DNA from: an uncultured Gemmatimonadales bacterium | GTDB lineage: Bacteria > Gemmatimonadota > Gemmatimonadetes > Gemmatimonadales > Gemmatimonadaceae | Length of the DNA stretch: 64,000 bases | Direction of reading: 5' to 3' | NCBI GenBank assembly: GCA_963701965.1 | Contig: OY969695.1 | Coordinates: 1,600,001 to 1,664,000, forward strand | Part shown: piece after piece, positions 50,390 to 59,668 of the stretch | How positions within the stretch are numbered: the stretch's first letter is position 1 | Layout of the letters: each line of letters begins with the position of its first letter | Program-made: the position numbers and the translations under genes | Notes under the pieces: generated by a model | What the model saw: only the letters and a program-made list of their open reading frames with translations | The model's database searches: none | Told to the model about the DNA's origin: nothing

Positions 50390-51618
50390 TTTTTCTTCCC
50401 TCCTCCCATCACGACTTCGTAATTGAATTTTCCCGAGAACTGGATGCGATAGTCGTTCGCCGTGAACCCATTGCTCTTGTTCTGCCGCTGCCCCCACTGT
50501 CCCTCGAGACCGAAGAAGAAGGCCGGGACCGGCTGCAGGATCACGTTGGCCAGGAAGTACTGGCCCAGCCGGAAGTCCGCCGGCACCTGGGCGTTGGAGT
50601 TCTGAATGTTCACTTGCGAGTAGCCGATGCTGCTGGTGAGCCCCTTGGTCCACGTGTGGTCGTAGAACGCGAGGAGCCCGAACACCGGTAACGTCACGCC
50701 CTTCACCGGGGACACCCGGCTCGAGAAGTTGTTCTCGACGCCGATGTCGATCGACGCGTCGTTCATGTAGTTCTCGACCCCTTCGCCGTAGAGCACTTGC
50801 AGCTTGATCTTGTCATCCTCGCGCACATTGATGCGGCTGCTCGCGTTGAGACCCCACGCCAGCGTATGGCCGGAGAAATCGAGCGTGTCGGGGGTGGTTT
50901 CGTCCCAGGCGATGTAGCGCAAGATCCCGGCGAGCTCGACGTAGCCCCATTTTGCCCAATGGCGGTAGTGGGCGGAGAAATCCGGCGCGGGGAAGCGCGG
51001 CGTGATATTCGACAGCTCGATCCGGTTCGCGTAGGCGCCGGCGTCGCCGCTCGCGCCAGGGCGCTCGATCGCGACAACGAGCGAGTCCCTCGTGCGGTAC
51101 GTCCGCGTATAGCGCAACTGAATGTTGCGAAAGAAGGCCATCCCGTTCGGCCCCCACGCCTCGAGGGTATTCGGGAAGATGTCGAGGTCCATGAACGGGC
51201 TGTCCATCTGCCCGAGACCGAACGCCCCGAGCGTGGCGTAGGCATACCGCAGTCGGAGCTGGGTCTGTCCGGCCTGCCCCCCGACGCCGGTCAGGTCGAA
51301 CTCGAATCGCGTGAAGATGTCACCCGCCGCGGTAGGGATGGTGCTTTTTACCCCGAACCGCGTCTGGCGTACGCTCGTCTGGAAGTTGCCATTCTTCCCG
51401 AACTGATCCTTGACCGAGGGGAGCTTCGTCGGTCGGAGCATGTCGAACCACTGGGGGTCCACCGCATCGAAGTCCCCGATCAGATCGGTCATCACGAAAC
51501 CGTACACGGTCAAGCTCGGCTTCTCTTTGTCGGTGGAGTCTTGCGCACCGGCCCCGAGCGGCAGCAACGCGAGACCAACCGCGAGCGTCGCGCCCGACAC
51601 CAACCTCTGACGGTTCAT
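50386..51618 (-). CDS. DcaP family outer-membrane porin
   Basis: YGF...D, RQTRFG, FEFD, RLRYAY, GQ..S.FMD, YG.G..NY.ND. Confidence 0.8.
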   Translation of the reverse strand: MNRQRLVSGATLAVGLALLPLGAGAQDSTDKEKPSLTVYGFVMTDLIGDFDAVDPQWFDMLRPTKLPSVKDQFGKNGNFQTSVRQTRFGVKSTIPTAAGDIFTRFEFDLTGVGGQAGQTQLRLRYAYATLGAFGLGQMDSPFMDLDIFPNTLEAWGPNGMAFFRNIQLRYTRTYRTRDSLVVAIERPGASGDAGAYANRIELSNITPRFPAPDFSAHYRHWAKWGYVELAGILRYIAWDETTPDTLDFSGHTLAWGLNASSRINVREDDKIKLQVLYGEGVENYMNDASIDIGVENNFSSRVSPVKGVTLPVFGLLAFYDHTWTKGLTSSIGYSQVNIQNSNAQVPADFRLGQYFLANVILQPVPAFFFGLEGQWGQRQNKSNGFTANDYRIQFSGKFNYEVVMGGGKKK

Positions 51619-51686
51619 AGCCACTCCCGCACAAATGGTGACAGCGTGACGGCGCGAGGCGGCGGCGTTCAGGAGCGGCGCCCCGC

Positions 51687-52853
51687 TCACGGGTCGAAGA
51701 GGAGCCCTCCCGATGCCGAAGCGGGCTTGGCATGCGCGCGGTCTTGCTGCTCCCACGCGCGCACGTCACGCCGTGCCTTGTCGAACAGCCGCTCGAAATT
51801 GCTTTTGCGTACGTCGCGACTCGCCTCTGGGGTCAGCTTAGCCCACAGTGGCGCGTACAGGGAGTAGACCTTGAGGTATGTTGGCTGATCTGACGGCGCG
51901 ACCTCGTCGGTGCCGAACAAGAAGCGCCCGGGGAAGTGATTAATGAGGTTTGCCGTGTTCTCGAGCGAGCGCGGAGTCGCGACGACGTACTTCGCGACTT
52001 CATCCCAGGAGATGTCGAAGTACACGTGCTTGAGCGATGCGTCTTCGAGGATTGCCTGGATCATCGCGATGTGATAGGGGCTGCGTTCGCCAGGCCCGGT
52101 AGATGGCGACTGCGGGACCGGTTGCACGACGCGGCCGAGGCCCGTGTGGGCCCAGATGACGGTCGTCGTCGGATGGCGGCGCAGCAGAGTCTTCATTTGC
52201 GCGAGGTAGACGGGCTCCGTCCCCGGCTTCGCGAACGGCACGTTGATGTCGTTGTGCAGCAGGACCACCAGGCCGGCCCGCGCGGCGAACGACAGGATGC
52301 TGTCGAGCGCCGGATCGGTGAGGCTCGCTTGCGCGCCGGCGACTTTGGGCGAGACGAACTCCTTGTGGATGGTGAACTCGCCGATACCCTCGAAGACGCC
52401 GGGGAACGTGCGCAAGACGCGCTTGATGTGGTCGACCGCGTACATGTCAGCCGGATTGAATCCGGTGATCATGGGATCGAACCGGGCCTGCTGCTCCCGG
52501 GTGAGCGACCGGTACGCCATGGCGATGTAGGCGTCGGTGAACGCGTAGTAGTAGAGCGGCGCGTCGGTCTGGAGATAGTACGTCGGGGCGAAGTTCCCGG
52601 AGTTTGCGTACGCCCACGTTTGCTGGAGCGGAATGCCGAAGAGGGCCACGCGACCCGCTTTGTCGCCCATGATCTCGAGGAACCGGTGGATCTCGGTGCC
52701 GCGTTGGATGTAGTTCGTGAGGTGGAAGTGGACGTCGTCGAACTCGTACCTGTCGTCGCGCGCCGCCGGGCTGGTGCTCGTTCCTACACTCAAGGCCGAC
52801 ACGACAAGTGCGACACCGACAGTGAGACGGTTCGCCGTTCCTCTCGTGAGCAT
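51687..52853 (-). CDS. Exported amidohydrolase-superfamily protein
   Basis: Signal peptide; DVHFH, GIGE, LHND, WAHTG, FLFGTD. Confidence 0.82.
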   Translation of the reverse strand: MLTRGTANRLTVGVALVVSALSVGTSTSPAARDDRYEFDDVHFHLTNYIQRGTEIHRFLEIMGDKAGRVALFGIPLQQTWAYANSGNFAPTYYLQTDAPLYYYAFTDAYIAMAYRSLTREQQARFDPMITGFNPADMYAVDHIKRVLRTFPGVFEGIGEFTIHKEFVSPKVAGAQASLTDPALDSILSFAARAGLVVLLHNDINVPFAKPGTEPVYLAQMKTLLRRHPTTTVIWAHTGLGRVVQPVPQSPSTGPGERSPYHIAMIQAILEDASLKHVYFDISWDEVAKYVVATPRSLENTANLINHFPGRFLFGTDEVAPSDQPTYLKVYSLYAPLWAKLTPEASRDVRKSNFERLFDKARRDVRAWEQQDRAHAKPASASGGLLFDP

Positions 52854-52883
52854 GTGCTGCTCCTGCGCCCCAGGATCCGCGCG

Positions 52884-54254
52884 CTAGTAGAAAATGTCCG
52901 CGCCGACGGATATCGTGGGCCCGATCAGGCCGCCAATGTAGTATCCGAAGAGACCGTTCCAGGCGGCCCGGTGCATGTAGATCACGACCGCGTTGAGGCG
53001 GAAGTTGCGCTCGCGGTATGGATAGAAGTTGAGGCCACCGGCCGCGTCCCACGCCCGGTTGAACGCGCCGTAGAGCTGTGACGTCCAGCCAAACAGCATC
53101 AGCTGCTTCGACAAGAGCATGTAGGACGCCTGGACATCGAAGCCTTTGTCGGAGATCGACGCCAAGGGGAGCGGGCCATCGGCGTCGATGTCGTCGAGGC
53201 GGCGAAAGTATCCCTGGGCGTAGAGGTTGAGGCCGCGGTATTTGATGGCGCCGTCCAGTGCGAGCAGGTTCAAGCTGGCGAGGGTCACGGTGACGTTCGG
53301 CGCGAGACTACCCGTCTGGAAGAGCGGGACAGCATCCGAGAGCAAGAGTTGGGTGTTGTCGGGGGCCGTGGCGTCGAGCGAGCTGCGGCGGTCCTCGCGC
53401 GACCAGGTGTACGAGGCACCGATGCGGGTCGCGAGCTTGTCGTGCCCCTCAAAGTCGCCGAAGCCGCCGCGCTCGCCGAACTCGCCGGTCGTGGGCTCCC
53501 ACCAAATGCTCGCTGATTTGGCGAGGAATCGATTGAGCTTCGCGGCGTTGACGCCGAGTTGATTGAGGTTGTTGCCGATCATCGCGGCGTAGAAGACTTT
53601 GGGGATGAGCTGGCCATTGGCCCAAACGCCGCCCGTGAAGCCAGGACGAAAAAACTCGTCGGTCATGACGCGATCGGTGGCGGTGAAGTACGGGAAGACA
53701 CCAGTCATCGAGCGGCTTCCCGGGAGCCCGCCGTAGCCGCCGTAGAGAGTGATGTACTTGTTGAACGTGTAGTTCAAATTGCCGCCCACGGCGACTTGCG
53801 CGGTCGAGTTCACCGACCACACGAAGAGCGAGTACTTCAACCGGGGCCTGAACAGCCAGCCCGTGGTGAACAACATGATGCGTTGGAGCTGAATGTCGTT
53901 TCGCGTGTCGATAGGGACGGTGTCCCCGAGATGCGAGATGTTGTTCTGCGACGCGGGCAGTTGGTTGAGATAGCGGAACAACACGTAGCCGCTCAGGTTG
54001 ATCTGGCCGAGGTCCGTCTTCGCGACCGTGAACCCCTTGCCGGGGTCCCAAATTCCCCACTGGGATGTCGGTATCGAGTCCGTGCTGGACGGCTGCTTCC
54101 GGCGCGTCGACGTATCGTGCGGCGCGGTCTTGGATGAATCAGACGTCGCGCTCCGTGTCTCTTGGCCCTGGGCCTCTTGACCCTGGCCCGCGACGACGAC
54201 GGAGTATGCGAGTGCGAGCATCCCAAGATCCACGACCGCGTGGCGGACTCGCAT
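52884..54254 (-). CDS. Putative outer-membrane beta-barrel (porin-like) protein
   Basis: Signal-like N-terminus, low-complexity linker, alternating aromatic strands, C-terminal ADIFY; start uncertain. Confidence 0.65.
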   Translation of the reverse strand: MRVRHAVVDLGMLALAYSVVVAGQGQEAQGQETRSATSDSSKTAPHDTSTRRKQPSSTDSIPTSQWGIWDPGKGFTVAKTDLGQINLSGYVLFRYLNQLPASQNNISHLGDTVPIDTRNDIQLQRIMLFTTGWLFRPRLKYSLFVWSVNSTAQVAVGGNLNYTFNKYITLYGGYGGLPGSRSMTGVFPYFTATDRVMTDEFFRPGFTGGVWANGQLIPKVFYAAMIGNNLNQLGVNAAKLNRFLAKSASIWWEPTTGEFGERGGFGDFEGHDKLATRIGASYTWSREDRRSSLDATAPDNTQLLLSDAVPLFQTGSLAPNVTVTLASLNLLALDGAIKYRGLNLYAQGYFRRLDDIDADGPLPLASISDKGFDVQASYMLLSKQLMLFGWTSQLYGAFNRAWDAAGGLNFYPYRERNFRLNAVVIYMHRAAWNGLFGYYIGGLIGPTISVGADIFY

Positions 54255-54350
54255 GCTGGCGGTGTCCCCGGATGAAGCCACCTGACGTGTCCGAGCTGAC
54301 AGGAGCATTGCCAGCTCATCCACGACATCGTCCCACTCGACACGTGGGCC

Positions 54351-54365
54351 GCAGATTCGGTGCCA
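54351..54365 (-). promoter_or_regulatory. Sigma54 -24/-12 promoter candidate
   Basis: Minus strand TGGCACCGAATCTGC (GG-N10-GC) in the intergenic gap. Confidence 0.6.
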
Positions 54366-54423
54366 CGCACAAGGTGCGCGCCCCGTTTCTTCGGATACGG
54401 TGAATGCGCCTCGGGCGGTGAAG

Positions 54424-55359
54424 CTATTGATTACTGCTCGGGACCGGCGTCCACGATGTGTCCGGGTCAAAGCGCTCCATCTGCTGGAATCGCTCGAGCG
54501 TCTTCGGTCCGATGTCTTGCTGATAGACCACACCGGTGTGGCTGACGATGAACGACTTGACACCGGTCACACGGTACTCGGCCGGCGCAGCCACCAAGGC
54601 GAAGCCGCCGATCATGATGCCTTTGACCACGAAATCCATCTCGCCCATTGGCGCCGAAGGCCCTTGGCCCTTGAGGATCTTGAAGAAGTAGCCGTGGTAC
54701 GGCGCCGCCCCGCTGCGGTATCCCTGTTCGATCGCGTGGGCAATTTTTTCGCCGATCGGACCGCCCCAGGTTCCATCCGGGTTTTGCCACACCAGGCCAT
54801 TTTGTTGCCCCGGACTGCTCACGATCTGCTGCGCGTATTGGTTCACCGCATACCCTTCGCGCTTCTGGAGCGCGTATTGATCCTGGGCCTGCACGTAGCC
54901 GCGGCAGATTTGAATGGCGTCCAGCTCGTTCGCTCCGATGCGGCGGTACAGAATCTCTTGCCGGCCGGCTTTGGCATCGAAGAACCACCGCTTGTCCCGT
55001 CTCGCCATGGGAACCGGGAATGGCCAGCTCTCGTTGCCCACGACGAGGTACGCCCGGTTCGTGTCGCCGGGCGAGCGCGACACCGTGTGCTTCTCGTGGG
55101 CCTCGGTGGCGAAATCGATCGCGCGTTGGCGGTCTTGGGGATATTCGCCCGTGAGCACGATACTCTCTCCGTCGGGTCCGAAAATCTCCATGAGACGGGG
55201 CACGTCGAACGCCGCCGCGGCGTCGACGAGTGCCGTAGCGGCTTTCTCGGGCGTGTCGAAGCTCTTGGCGCCCGACGTGGTTTGCGCCGCGGCCGGCAAT
55301 GGCGCGAGAGCGATCGCTGCGGAAAGACACCACGACGTCATCACGAATGTCGGTTGCAT
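54424..55359 (-). CDS. DUF2950 family protein
   Basis: F.TPE.A..AL, WPFP.P, RRIG.NEL.AI, PYHGY.FKIL..QG, Y.VTGVKSF.V..G.VYQ.D.G. Confidence 0.88.
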   Translation of the reverse strand: MQPTFVMTSWCLSAAIALAPLPAAAQTTSGAKSFDTPEKAATALVDAAAAFDVPRLMEIFGPDGESIVLTGEYPQDRQRAIDFATEAHEKHTVSRSPGDTNRAYLVVGNESWPFPVPMARRDKRWFFDAKAGRQEILYRRIGANELDAIQICRGYVQAQDQYALQKREGYAVNQYAQQIVSSPGQQNGLVWQNPDGTWGGPIGEKIAHAIEQGYRSGAAPYHGYFFKILKGQGPSAPMGEMDFVVKGIMIGGFALVAAPAEYRVTGVKSFIVSHTGVVYQQDIGPKTLERFQQMERFDPDTSWTPVPSSNQ

Positions 55360-55378
55360 CGGTACGCCCTCCTGGCCT

Positions 55379-56665
55379 TTACCGGCGCCGGCCGCCGCCA
55401 CCAGCGCGGCCGCCGCCTCGCATACTGGAAGAGCCACGGCTACTGGCGGCACGAGCGCTCGAGCCGCTGAAGTCCCGGCCTCCGCTTCCGAAGGCGCTCC
55501 CACTGCCGCCTCCGCTGCGCGACAGATCGCGCCCCCCGATGCTGTTGTCTCCGGTCGCTCCGCCCCGGTCCCGCGCGGCGCCGCGGTCGCCCGCGGCGGC
55601 TCGATCCCCCGCGGCGCGATCCCCCGCAGCAGCTCGGTCCCCGGCAGCCGCTCGGTCGCTCGCAGCCGCGCCCGCCGCACCGTTCGCTGCTCCGGCTCGA
55701 CCTGCGCCACGGTCGCCGGCATTGCCAGCGGCCGCCTGGCGGTTGCCCCCGGCGTCCCCGCGCGCCGATCCGCCGAATCGATCCGCCGTGGCCCGGTCCC
55801 CGTAGGGCGCACCACCGCGATGCGACGAATTGTGCTGCCAACTTCCGGAGCGGTTCGAACTGCGGTTGACGTTGCGATTGACGTTCGCGTTGCGGTTGAA
55901 GTTGTTGTAATTGTTGATCTGCACGTTGCTGCTGCCCCAACCGGCCCCATAGCCCCAACCGCCGCTGAACATCGCGCCCATGGCCACCCCGACGCCGAAC
56001 GACATGAACGCGCCGGCCGCGTAGTACCCCGGCGGCGGATAGTAAATGGGCGGGTACGCATAGACCGGCGCGCCGTACACCACGGTCGGACTGTACGACG
56101 GCACGTACACGACCTGCGGGTTGGTCTGTTCAATGACAATGACGCTTTTATTCTCGACTACGGTGGTATCCACCTTCTGATGCTCGTTCGAGGACAGCGT
56201 GCCTTTGTCCTTGGCCTTCCGACGCATGCGCTGCACGGCGTTCATGACATCGCTCTGCTGCGCCAAGAACGCGTTGCCCAGGTCCGTGGTCCACTGAATG
56301 TCGTCGGCCAGACGGTTGACCACGTCGGGCAGTGCCGCCATCGATTGCACGCTCGGATCCCAGGATTGCTTGGACACGGAATCGACGAGCGCTTTGTCCT
56401 TCACGTCGGGATGCTTCTTGAGCCATTGCTGGAGCTGGATCAGCTCGAGCGGATAGGTCGATACCGCGAGCGTCTGCGCCAACAAAGAATCGGGATACAG
56501 TGCGATGGGGGCCACCAGCGCATCGAGCTGATCCGGGGGTAACGCAGATTGCGGCTTGGCCGAGTCCGGCTGTGGCTGTTGGGCACGGATGGATCGCGGT
56601 GCGGCTCCCATCACGATCAGTGCAGCACTGAGAAAGAGCCGTCTCGATCCAACGTGTCCGCTCAC
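55379..56665 (-). CDS. DUF3300 family protein with Asn- and Gly/Arg-rich tail
   Basis: QLD.LVAPIALYPD.LLAQ, WDPSV, LGNAFLAQ..DVM.AVQ, VYVP.Y.P.VVYG. Confidence 0.9.
   Translation of the reverse strand: MSGHVGSRRLFLSAALIVMGAAPRSIRAQQPQPDSAKPQSALPPDQLDALVAPIALYPDSLLAQTLAVSTYPLELIQLQQWLKKHPDVKDKALVDSVSKQSWDPSVQSMAALPDVVNRLADDIQWTTDLGNAFLAQQSDVMNAVQRMRRKAKDKGTLSSNEHQKVDTTVVENKSVIVIEQTNPQVVYVPSYSPTVVYGAPVYAYPPIYYPPPGYYAAGAFMSFGVGVAMGAMFSGGWGYGAGWGSSNVQINNYNNFNRNANVNRNVNRSSNRSGSWQHNSSHRGGAPYGDRATADRFGGSARGDAGGNRQAAAGNAGDRGAGRAGAANGAAGAAASDRAAAGDRAAAGDRAAGDRAAAGDRGAARDRGGATGDNSIGGRDLSRSGGGSGSAFGSGGRDFSGSSARAASSRGSSSMRGGGRAGGGGRRR
55560..55670 (-). repeat. Imperfect 15-18-bp coding tandem repeat (GDRAAA)n
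   Basis: SDRAAAGDRAAAGDRAAGDRAAAGDRGAARDRGG in the DUF3300 tail; limits approximate. Confidence 0.7.
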
Positions 56666-56774
56666 TATTCCAGCCGCCCCCCTCCAACTTCCATTAGTAC
56701 CAACGGGATGCTGTCCGGCACAGTGTACCTAAGGGCTATACAATACGGGCGGACTCAACCCGGGGACGAGGGAG

Positions 56775-56858
56775 TGTCTGATGGGGGCACCGGCGTTCGT
56801 AGTAGGGGTGAGCGGCCGCCCGTGAGGGGCGCCCCCACACACTGGAGATGATGCAATG
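56775..56858 (+). promoter_or_regulatory. ECF42-type promoter and leader, copy 1
   Basis: TGTCTG-N16-TCGTA followed by a leader shared with 58426-58510. Confidence 0.65.
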
Positions 56859-57191
56859 CAGTACCTCGTTTCAGTGATCGCGGACAACACCGAAGTGGCC
56901 AAACCGGGCGAGGCGGAAGCCATCGACGCGTTCAACGACCGGCTCCGGGCCCAGGGCTACTGGGTGTACGCGAACGGCCTGGCGGGGCCGAGCGCGGCCA
57001 CCGTCATCGACGGTCGCGGCAAGGAGCCGATCCTAACCGACGGGCCCTTCCTCGAGTCGAAGGAATTCCTCGCTGGCTTCTGGATCATCGAGGCCCCAAA
57101 TCTGGACGTGGCGCTGACGCTCGCTGCCGAGGGGTCGAAAGCCTGCAATCGGAGAATCGAGCTGCGGCCGTTCCACGCTTTGCCTGAGTGA
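56856..57191 (+). CDS. YCII/DGPF family protein
   Basis: TDGPFLESKEFLAGFWII, IELRP. Confidence 0.92.
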   Translation: MQYLVSVIADNTEVAKPGEAEAIDAFNDRLRAQGYWVYANGLAGPSAATVIDGRGKEPILTDGPFLESKEFLAGFWIIEAPNLDVALTLAAEGSKACNRRIELRPFHALPE

Positions 57192-58420
57192 CCGTGGTCG
57201 ACGTTCGGGAGGCTATCACCCAAGCCCACCAATCGGAATGGGCGCGGGTGGTTGCCTCCCTGACCCGGCGTTTCAGTGATCTCGACATTGCCGAGGAGTC
57301 GACGGCTGAAGCATTTGCGATCGCCATCGAGCGGTGGGCGCTCAATGGCGTACCGCCCAACCCCGGCGCCTGGCTGACCACCACCGCCAGCCGCAAGGCC
57401 ATCGACCGGATCCGGCGCGAGAACAAGCGCGACGACAAGGAGCGAGAGGCGCAGATGTTGTACGACGACAACCCGCCCAAGTCCCTCGGCGCCATCGACG
57501 ACGAGCGGCTCCGGCTGATCTTCACCTGCTGTCACCCGGCGCTCGCGATGGAGAACCGCGTGGCGCTGACGCTGCGCATGGTCGGCGGTCTGACCGTGCC
57601 CGAGATCGCCCGTGCTTTCCTGGTGCAGGAGGCCACCGTGGGGCAGCGGATCACCCGCGCGAAGGCGAAAATCAAGGCGGCTCGCATCCCGTACCGGGTG
57701 CCGACCGCGGAGGAGCTCCCGGCACGCATCGCCGGCGTACTCGCCGTTCTCTTCCTCGTCTTCAACGAGGGCTACCTGGCGACTGGCCCCGACACTGATC
57801 CCATCCGTCACGACCTGACCGCCGAGGCGATCCGGCTCACGCGCCTGATCCGTGCCCTCATGCCGGACGACGGTGAGGCGGCCGGGCTGCTGGCGATGAT
57901 GCTGCTCATCGAGGCCCGTCGCACCGCCCGGGTCTCCGCGAGCGGCGAGTTGGTCACCCTCGACGAGCAGGACCGCGGGACGTGGGACGCGGCGCTGGTC
58001 GCTGAGGGGCATCGGCTGGTGCGCGAGCGCCTGGCCGCCGGGGTGGTTCCGGGTCGCTACCAGATCCTCGCGGCGATCAACGCTGTGCACACGTCCGCCC
58101 AACATGTCCGCGACACCGACTGGTCGCAGATCGTCGCGCTCTACGACCAGCTCGTGCGCCTCGACCCCTCCCCGATCATCGCGCTCAATCGGGCCGTCGC
58201 GGTCGCCGAGCTTGACGGCCCGGAGGTGGCACTGGCGGCCATCGACCCTCTCGATGATCCGTTGGCCGGCTATCACGTCTACCACGCAGTCCGCGCCGAC
58301 CTGCTGCGCCGGCTGGGCCGCGCGCAGGAGTCGCGCACGGCGTACGACAAGGCCATCGCACTGGCGGGAAACACCGCCGAAATCGCCTCCCTGACACGCC
58401 GTCGCGATCAGCTGCGGTAG
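57188..58420 (+). CDS. ECF sigma factor with C-terminal TPR-like extension (ECF42 type)
   Basis: P.NPGAWL, DERLRLIFTCCHPAL, QRITRAK, FNEGY, L.EQDR..WD, YQ..AAI.A.H, TDW. Confidence 0.92.
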   Translation: MTVVDVREAITQAHQSEWARVVASLTRRFSDLDIAEESTAEAFAIAIERWALNGVPPNPGAWLTTTASRKAIDRIRRENKRDDKEREAQMLYDDNPPKSLGAIDDERLRLIFTCCHPALAMENRVALTLRMVGGLTVPEIARAFLVQEATVGQRITRAKAKIKAARIPYRVPTAEELPARIAGVLAVLFLVFNEGYLATGPDTDPIRHDLTAEAIRLTRLIRALMPDDGEAAGLLAMMLLIEARRTARVSASGELVTLDEQDRGTWDAALVAEGHRLVRERLAAGVVPGRYQILAAINAVHTSAQHVRDTDWSQIVALYDQLVRLDPSPIIALNRAVAVAELDGPEVALAAIDPLDDPLAGYHVYHAVRADLLRRLGRAQESRTAYDKAIALAGNTAEIASLTRRRDQLR

Positions 58421-58425
58421 TCCCC

Positions 58426-58510
58426 TGTCGGATCGGGGCAGCGGTGTTCGTAGTAGGGGGGAGCGGCCGCCCACGAGGGGCGCCCCCCAAAGACAGGAGA
58501 TGGTGAAATG
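58426..58510 (+). promoter_or_regulatory. ECF42-type promoter and leader, copy 2
   Basis: TGTCGG-N16-TCGTA plus GAGCGGCCGCCC..GAGGGGCGCCCC..GGAGATG. Confidence 0.65.
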
Positions 58511-58830
58511 CTCACACTGCTTGTCGTGCTCGGTGCGGCGTACCAAGCAATGGCGCAGGATGCCCCGCTCGACCAATACATCATGACAGATCAGGGGGCG
58601 GAAATAGCCCTGGCGCGCAGTGCCGCACCGGAGTCCATCTCACGCAATGCATCCGTCCTGGTTCTTCGTACGAAAGCGCAGACGGATGAGACCATTCGGA
58701 GACCGACCCTGCCACCTGGGGAGCGGGACTGCCGGGTTCTCCCATCCTGGCTTCGAGCGACACATCGGAGCACCTGACGGAGTTCGTGGTTCTCGTGCAA
58801 CGGTGGTCAGATGGAACGGACGGTCGCTAA
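58508..58830 (+). pseudogene. Internally deleted exported hypothetical protein
   Basis: N-terminal APLDQY..EIALARSAAPESIS..VLVL and, in another frame, C-terminal DPATWGAGLPGSPIL..RWSDGT-stop. Confidence 0.65.
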
Positions 58831-58907
58831 AGCGACCTGTTAAAGGAAAGCAGAAGTCCGCGTTCGCCCAGAAGCGGACATGGAAGCTTACCGGGTGTGC
58901 AAGCAGT

Positions 58908-58943
58908 AAAGAAAACGGCGGAGCCCGTGCGGACTCCGCCGTT
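58908..58943 (-). terminator. Intrinsic terminator
   Basis: AACGGCGGAG/CTCCGCCGTT stem; minus strand ends TTTTCTTT. Confidence 0.65.
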
Positions 58944-59152
58944 CCCTGCTCGAGCATGAGTCCGTGCGGAACAAGGTTACCGCACGCCAGTTGTCGACTA
59001 TCGACCAACCTCGCCAACCAGTACACCCAGAGTTGCGACCGAACCAACGTTTGAATGGTAAGCGTACGGCCATCTCACCGTGATACGACAACCTCGTCGG
59101 GGTTCGCTTCCGCGTAGTGAAGAGCCGGGCAGCGGACGCGAGATCGACGACT

Positions 59153-59668
59153 TCATGACCGTCCCACGCTCGCGCCCAGGGTGTCGAGAAGCGCGTCCAG
59201 TTGCTCGAACGTCTCTCCCATCGCATCCGCCGCCCCGGTGCCGGCGGCGTCGAGAGCTTCCTTCGAGGGATACAGCTCGTGCATGACCAGCAACGTCTTG
59301 CCGCCTTTTTCCGCGAAGGTCACCGTCGTGACGGAACCCTCGTCACTTTCCTCATTGGTCCAGACGAGGCGCGAGTGCGGTGTTACTTCCTTGTACGTGC
59401 CGAAGAACGCCGCCTGTGAGTCCCCGTGTGCGAACTCCAAACGGTACCTGCCCCCGACACGCACATCCATTGCGCAGGAAAGCAGGGACATTCCCAGCGA
59501 CTTCGGCACCCACCACTGCCTGAACAGCTCGGGCTTGGTCCACGCCTCGAACACGAGGCGCGCCGGACCGTTGAACGTTCGCGTGACGACGAGCTCACGC
59601 TCGGACTTCCGCTCCACCGTCGTACGGTTCTTCATGGGGGCAACCTCACTCTCTCTTCTTGCGTCCAT
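59153..59668 (-). CDS. SRPBCC/AHSA1 domain protein
   Basis: ELVVTRTF..P..LVFEAWT.PE...WW, MDVRVGG.YR. Confidence 0.88.
   Translation of the reverse strand: MDARRESEVAPMKNRTTVERKSERELVVTRTFNGPARLVFEAWTKPELFRQWWVPKSLGMSLLSCAMDVRVGGRYRLEFAHGDSQAAFFGTYKEVTPHSRLVWTNEESDEGSVTTVTFAEKGGKTLLVMHELYPSKEALDAAGTGAADAMGETFEQLDALLDTLGASVGRS

Noticed and set aside
58640..59226. Short ORFs between the ECF operon and the SRPBCC gene
   Set aside because: No RBS or motifs, and they cross a terminator and a pseudogene
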